A DNA stretch of 35,173 nt, taken from assembly GCA_051294375.1 (NCBI GenBank), contig CM119267.1:11507315-11542487 (forward strand), in the 5' to 3' direction. Below, one piece after another: positions 30,701-35,173 of this stretch. The position numbers were made by a program, and so were the translations under genes. Source of the stretch: Paraspadella gotoi. Lineage: Eukaryota > Animalia > Chaetognatha. The notes under the pieces are model-generated. The model made no database searches. It was not told the DNA's origin and saw only the letters and a list, made by a program, of their open reading frames with translations. The first letter of the stretch is position 1. Every line of letters starts with the position of its first letter.

Positions 30701-31537
30701 TGACATCGTTTGCAATACATTTAATTTGTATCAAAGTTAGATTCTAACGTGGAAACGATCGCCCCGTGCTTTTTCGAAGTTGACCCACGATCCCACCTCA
30801 ATCGCGTCAACTCTTCGCGTCAATTTTTTTTTCTTTTCGGTTCCGATTTCGGCCTCCCACGCCCCCCCCCTTCCGTTCGTCTCGCCACGCCCATTCCCGC
30901 GCCTTCTCGACGTCGGCGTCGTAAGGACCAATTTCGGGGGCATTAAGTTCCCTCCCGAAATTTAATACATATTCATGGCCTCCTGACTTTTTTCTCCCTC
31001 CTTCCTTCTCCGTATAACGGCCGGCGTCGGCTGCTGCGGCTTCGGAAGCGTCGGCAGCGGCGCCGGCGGCGTCGTCGGCCCTTCCTCGGCCGACTCCTTT
31101 CATAATTCAAATTCTATCATCGCCCCTCGTATTGCCTCAGCGGCGGGAGGCTCCGACGGCGCGGCGGCTGTCGCTGCGGGCTGGATTATGCGGAATCCTA
31201 CTACTACGCCTCCGCTTCTCTCGTCGCTTTTGATAAACATTGAGACGAAAACGATCCTAGTCACGTAACTTTCCCGACACGAGAGGAAGCAAGAAGCGGT
31301 ATGCTGTCCTATTCATTACGTTAATCGACGCACTCTTCAATATTTAATTTACTTTATAAGTATTTCGGTTGGATTGCCTATTACCAAAAGTAATTAAATT
31401 GATAGTTTGACGTTATCGTCGCAAAACATCTGTCAGGGAAAGCGAGATAATTGCTCTAGGTACATGGAGTTCTGTCGACCCGGCAGGGATTAATGCATCT
31501 CCCAAGGAGGGAGGGGGGACGATAGCGGGAAGCATTA

Positions 31538-31570
<33 letters not shown>

Positions 31571-31795
31571 AGCGAAAAGGAGGAGATGAAATCGTCGGCG
31601 TAATTGCAGGGAATAATGAAAAAGTAATGAAAAAGTAATGAAAAAGTAATGGGGAAGTAATCGAACACTCGTTCCATCTGCAATAGGGATTCTGCATTAG
31701 GGAGAACTTCGTCGTTGTTTTAGTTTGAGTAACGTTAACAGTACAAAGGATTTACGCTTAAATTTATAATTCTTTACTCTTTTATCCCATTTTTT

Positions 31796-31920
<125 letters not shown>

Positions 31921-32559
31921 GGGGTCGCCAATCCAATTTTTACAACTTACAAAAATGTAATATTATGCAAAGGGCAGCCTGTCATTTTAGCGAGATTTGT
32001 AATTCATTTTCTCCGTCGCGTTTAAAAAAATCTGAGCGACTACCCAGTGCCCATTGAAACCAATGGCATGAACAGGAAAAACTGCCATTTTTCAATCATT
32101 TATTTTATTTCTGTAGTTTTTTTTTATTTGACGATGTACTGTCGCTTGTTTTTTGCCATTGTTTCTCGGGTGTCAATTTCGTTCCAAGTGAGACGACGAC
32201 GATGACGAGGATGACAAAAACAATGACTACGAATTCGAAAGGCCAGTTTTAAACGGAGAAAATCTGCGGAAAAAAAATAGCTGAAACACATTCTCACGTC
32301 GCTCCTCACGTTTCCCTTTTCCTTTAAACTCATCCCCCCACCGCCGCCACCCACGCCGCCCCCGCCGCCGCCTCGACCCAAAAATCACCTCCATTTGTCG
32401 GCGCCATTTGTCGGGCGGCGACGGTCTCCGAGGCGGCGTCCCTCCTCGGCCGGCGTCGGCACAAAGTCGGCGTCTCTCCTGAGCCGCAGTCATCATTTCC
32501 CCATTCACGGATTCCAATTCCCTCTTTTGTTTCGCGCGAGGAGAGAGAAAGGTTGCCAT

Positions 32560-32770
32560 TTTCTTTTCTTTTTCTTCTCTTTTTTCTTTCTTTCCTTCTT
32601 TACTTTTTTCTTTCTTTCCTTCTTTACTTTTTTCTTTCTTTCTTTCTTTCGTTCTTTCTTTCTTTCTTTCTTTCTCTCTTTTCTTTCTTTTCTTTTCTTT
32701 TCTTTTCTTTTCTTTTCTTTTCTTTTCTTTTCTTTTCTTTTCTTTTCTTTTCTTTTCTTTTCTTTTCCTT
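32560..32770. repeat. (TTTC)n/(TTTTC)n compound microsatellite
   Basis: Direct reading. Confidence 0.93.
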
Positions 32771-32863
32771 CTTTCCCAATATTGTATTGTCTCACTGTCG
32801 TTTAGATCAAGATTCCGTGGTTTCGCGACGATTGTGGCGGAAGCCACTGCGGCGTTGAAGAAA

Positions 32864-32951
32864 GAAGGACGGGCAGTTGAGCAAGGAAGGACGGGCAGTT
32901 TAGCAAGGAAGGACGGGAAGTTTAGCAAGGAAGGACGGGCAGTTGAGCAAG
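32864..32951. repeat. 22-bp minisatellite x4
   Basis: GAAGGACGGG(C/A)AGTT(G/T)AGCAAG four times in tandem. Confidence 0.93.
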
Positions 32952-33748
32952 GCAAGGGGGAAGATTGGGGAGATTTGGGAAGGAAGATGAAAGAGAGGAA
33001 GTCGGAAAGTTGTGGCAAAGGGAGAGAGATGGGGATAAAAGAATAAGGCAGGTGCAGGTGGCAGGTGCAGGTGGCGAGGGGAGAGGACGAGGAAGAGGAA
33101 AAGCAGTAATCAAGTTCGCATTTGCTTCCTCCTCTAAATCTCGATTTGCGTCGCGATTTCTGCCCAACTGTTTTTCTCGCTTTTCCTGCCTCGTCGTTTA
33201 CGTCGTCGTCGTCTTCGTCGTCGTCGTTGTTGTTTTGTCGTTGTTATTTCGAAGGTCGTTTCCAGGAGATTCGACATTAGTTCCTGTCATCATAAAAACA
33301 TTTCGCTTTGGTTCGTTCGATTGATCGGTTTATACATCTCGAACGTATGGTGCGAATTAGAATTGTTAATTGAGCTTCGAAGCGTCGAAAATTCTCCAGT
33401 TGACGCTTTGGGGATTGCATAGCTTTTTTCTTCTTCGTCGTCGTCATCGTCTTAATATTCTTCGTCGTGATCGTCGTCGTCATCGACGTCGTCGGCTTTA
33501 AGTCGTAATCGATTCGTAGCGAAATTCCATCGAAGCCGAAACGAAATCAGCGAAGTGGAATTCGAAGGGAAAAAAAACGGGCGCCGGCGATGGGAGCGGC
33601 ACGGAACGGCTCCGCCCGTTCGCACCGGCGTCGTTAGAGCGGCGCTGTTGAGTCTTGGTCGGGTTCGGACTGAGCCACGAAAAAAAGCATCTTTGACTGG
33701 GACAACTAAAATTTAATAGATACTTCTCAATTACACGGATTTTAAATC

Positions 33749-34086
33749 GGAGTGAAATGAAAAGATTGGTGATTACTCTTAACTGACTCAATATTATTGA
33801 TATTTGATCATTTCATTAGTTTATGTTCTTATATAATAAATTGAGAATAATTTACATCAGAACAACTGGTGCTCTTGCCTTCCAGCAGAATTTTTGCAGC
33901 ATTTTTCCCCTCTTATTTGATAATTATATTTCAAACTTATTGTGAAAAAATTTAGACAAATATTATAATTTCTTTTACATTCATTATTTAGTATGTGTTG
34001 GGAGCATGAAAAAAAAGTTATCATTAATTTAATTAGAGATTTAGTGTATTTGATCTTTTCATTTCACTCACATTTGAAATCCGTGT
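33749..34086. repeat. Diverged AT-rich dispersed repeat, copy 2 (same orientation as copy 1)
   Basis: Shared blocks in the same order: ggagtgaaat, ttatgttc...ttgagaata, tcttatttgata, ttattgt-aaaaaa, tcattaa, tgaaatccgtgt. Confidence 0.6.
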
Positions 34087-34688
34087 ATTTTCCCCAATTT
34101 AAATTTTGAGATATGAGAATCCAAGTCAATCGCTTTTTTTTCTTAGCTATAAGTAAATTAATTTAAACAGTTCTTCCTTTGTTATATATATAACGATAAA
34201 TATCTATTATCTAGCTCTCGGCGTTTCCCGCTCAAGAACCCGGGACTTTGTTTACCGGATTATATGCTGAATAATCTTTACAATAACCGATGTTTTTTCA
34301 ATAAACTCCCGTGGATTGTCTCGACGCAATATCAATGTTTGTTTTTTTCATGCTCCAGGAAATTGTGTCTGGCAAGGGCTCAGTTTCATTCAAGCAATGC
34401 AGTTTTGTTATGGAAATATACTTTCTCTCTCGCTTTTTCTATCTGTCTGTCTGTTTCCCCCCTATCACTCTCTCGGTCTTTCTCTCTCTCTCTTTCTTTC
34501 TCTCTCTTTATCTTCTTTTCTTTTTTCTAACACTTTCACTCCATTTCTCCTGCTATTCTCCCACTCTCTTCTCTATCTTCTCCCACTCCCTCTCTATTCT
34601 CTCACACTCCCACTCTCTCTCCATCCCCTTTCTCCACCGCTTTTCTTTGTATTTTTTTTCCGCTGGGTTCTCTCGCACAACTCCAAAG

Positions 34689-34843
34689 CATCTTTATTCA
34701 TGGAAAACCAGAGTGGAAAGACTATCGGGATTTCACGCTCGGGTGACGGTTGACGAAAGCCGGCTCGGCGGCGACGTCACGGGCGCCGTCTCCGACCACG
34801 TTACGGGCTTCGTCACGCTGTCTGGACATTGCCGCGTTGACGG
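34689..34843 (+). CDS. Possible isolated exon of an unidentified gene
   Basis: GC3-rich frame HLYSWKTRVERLSGFHARVTVDESRLGGDVTGAVSDHVTGFVTLSGHCRVD follows a long pyrimidine tract and ends at GG|gtgaga. The acceptor (aag) is weak and no motif is recognised. Confidence 0.25.
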
Positions 34844-35173
34844 GTGAGAGAGTACGGCGTCGTGTCGTATCTCATCGAGTATCGCGCGCTTGCGCGGAAC
34901 GACTCTTGATCGACGAAGTGATGAAGGGGATTTGGTTCCGCTTTCGACGGAATTCTTATTAAAATTTTCTTTTATTATAAATTTGATTCGGTCTTGTATA
35001 TTTGAAGCGAGTTTGTCCGCTTTTGCCACAGGAAACCCACCGACGCACCTTTCTTTAGATATTTACAATCATACTTTTTGTCACTAATTTTTAATTAAAT
35101 ATATTTTCACTTTGAGATTTGACTCGAATAATATCCTTTTAATTTGCTTCATCATATCTGTCAACATCGTTTC

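Noticed and set aside
31011-31268. GC-rich stop-poor block as a further cytoplasmic exon of the IgSF gene
   Set aside because: No AG directly follows the pyrimidine tract, the frame is ambiguous, and similar CG-rich blocks occur in clearly non-coding parts of the window.

Overview
Eukaryotic, very probably invertebrate-animal genomic DNA from a gapped draft assembly. It is AT-rich and dense in (GA/TC)n, (ACG/CGT)n, (TTTA)n and (TTCC)n microsatellites, so almost every ORF in the supplied track is a repeat translation. The main feature is a + strand spliced gene rebuilt by hand from seven exons with GT-AG boundaries and matching phases (10175-10655, 16026-16159, 18311-18403, 24019-24219, 26778-27350, 27604-27822, 28020-~28458). 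It encodes a type I membrane immunoglobulin-superfamily protein of at least 655 aa: a V-type Ig domain, a C2-type Ig domain, two divergent Ig-like domains lacking the F-strand Cys, a TM helix and a His-rich tail. The architecture resembles nephrin/Kirre/nectin/CADM proteins, but I cannot assign an orthologue. About 0.9 kb downstream is a probable small secreted-protein gene (29391 onward). Other features are a ~250-nt hairpin-dense island (2569-2819), a 70-bp tandem array (5027-5642), local and dispersed repeats, and probable gap-filling duplications beside 25-N gaps. I found no CRISPR array, rRNA, tRNA or intact transposon ORF, and cannot claim a new biological system from sequence alone. The best leads are the structured island, the secreted peptide and the unusual Ig cysteine pattern.
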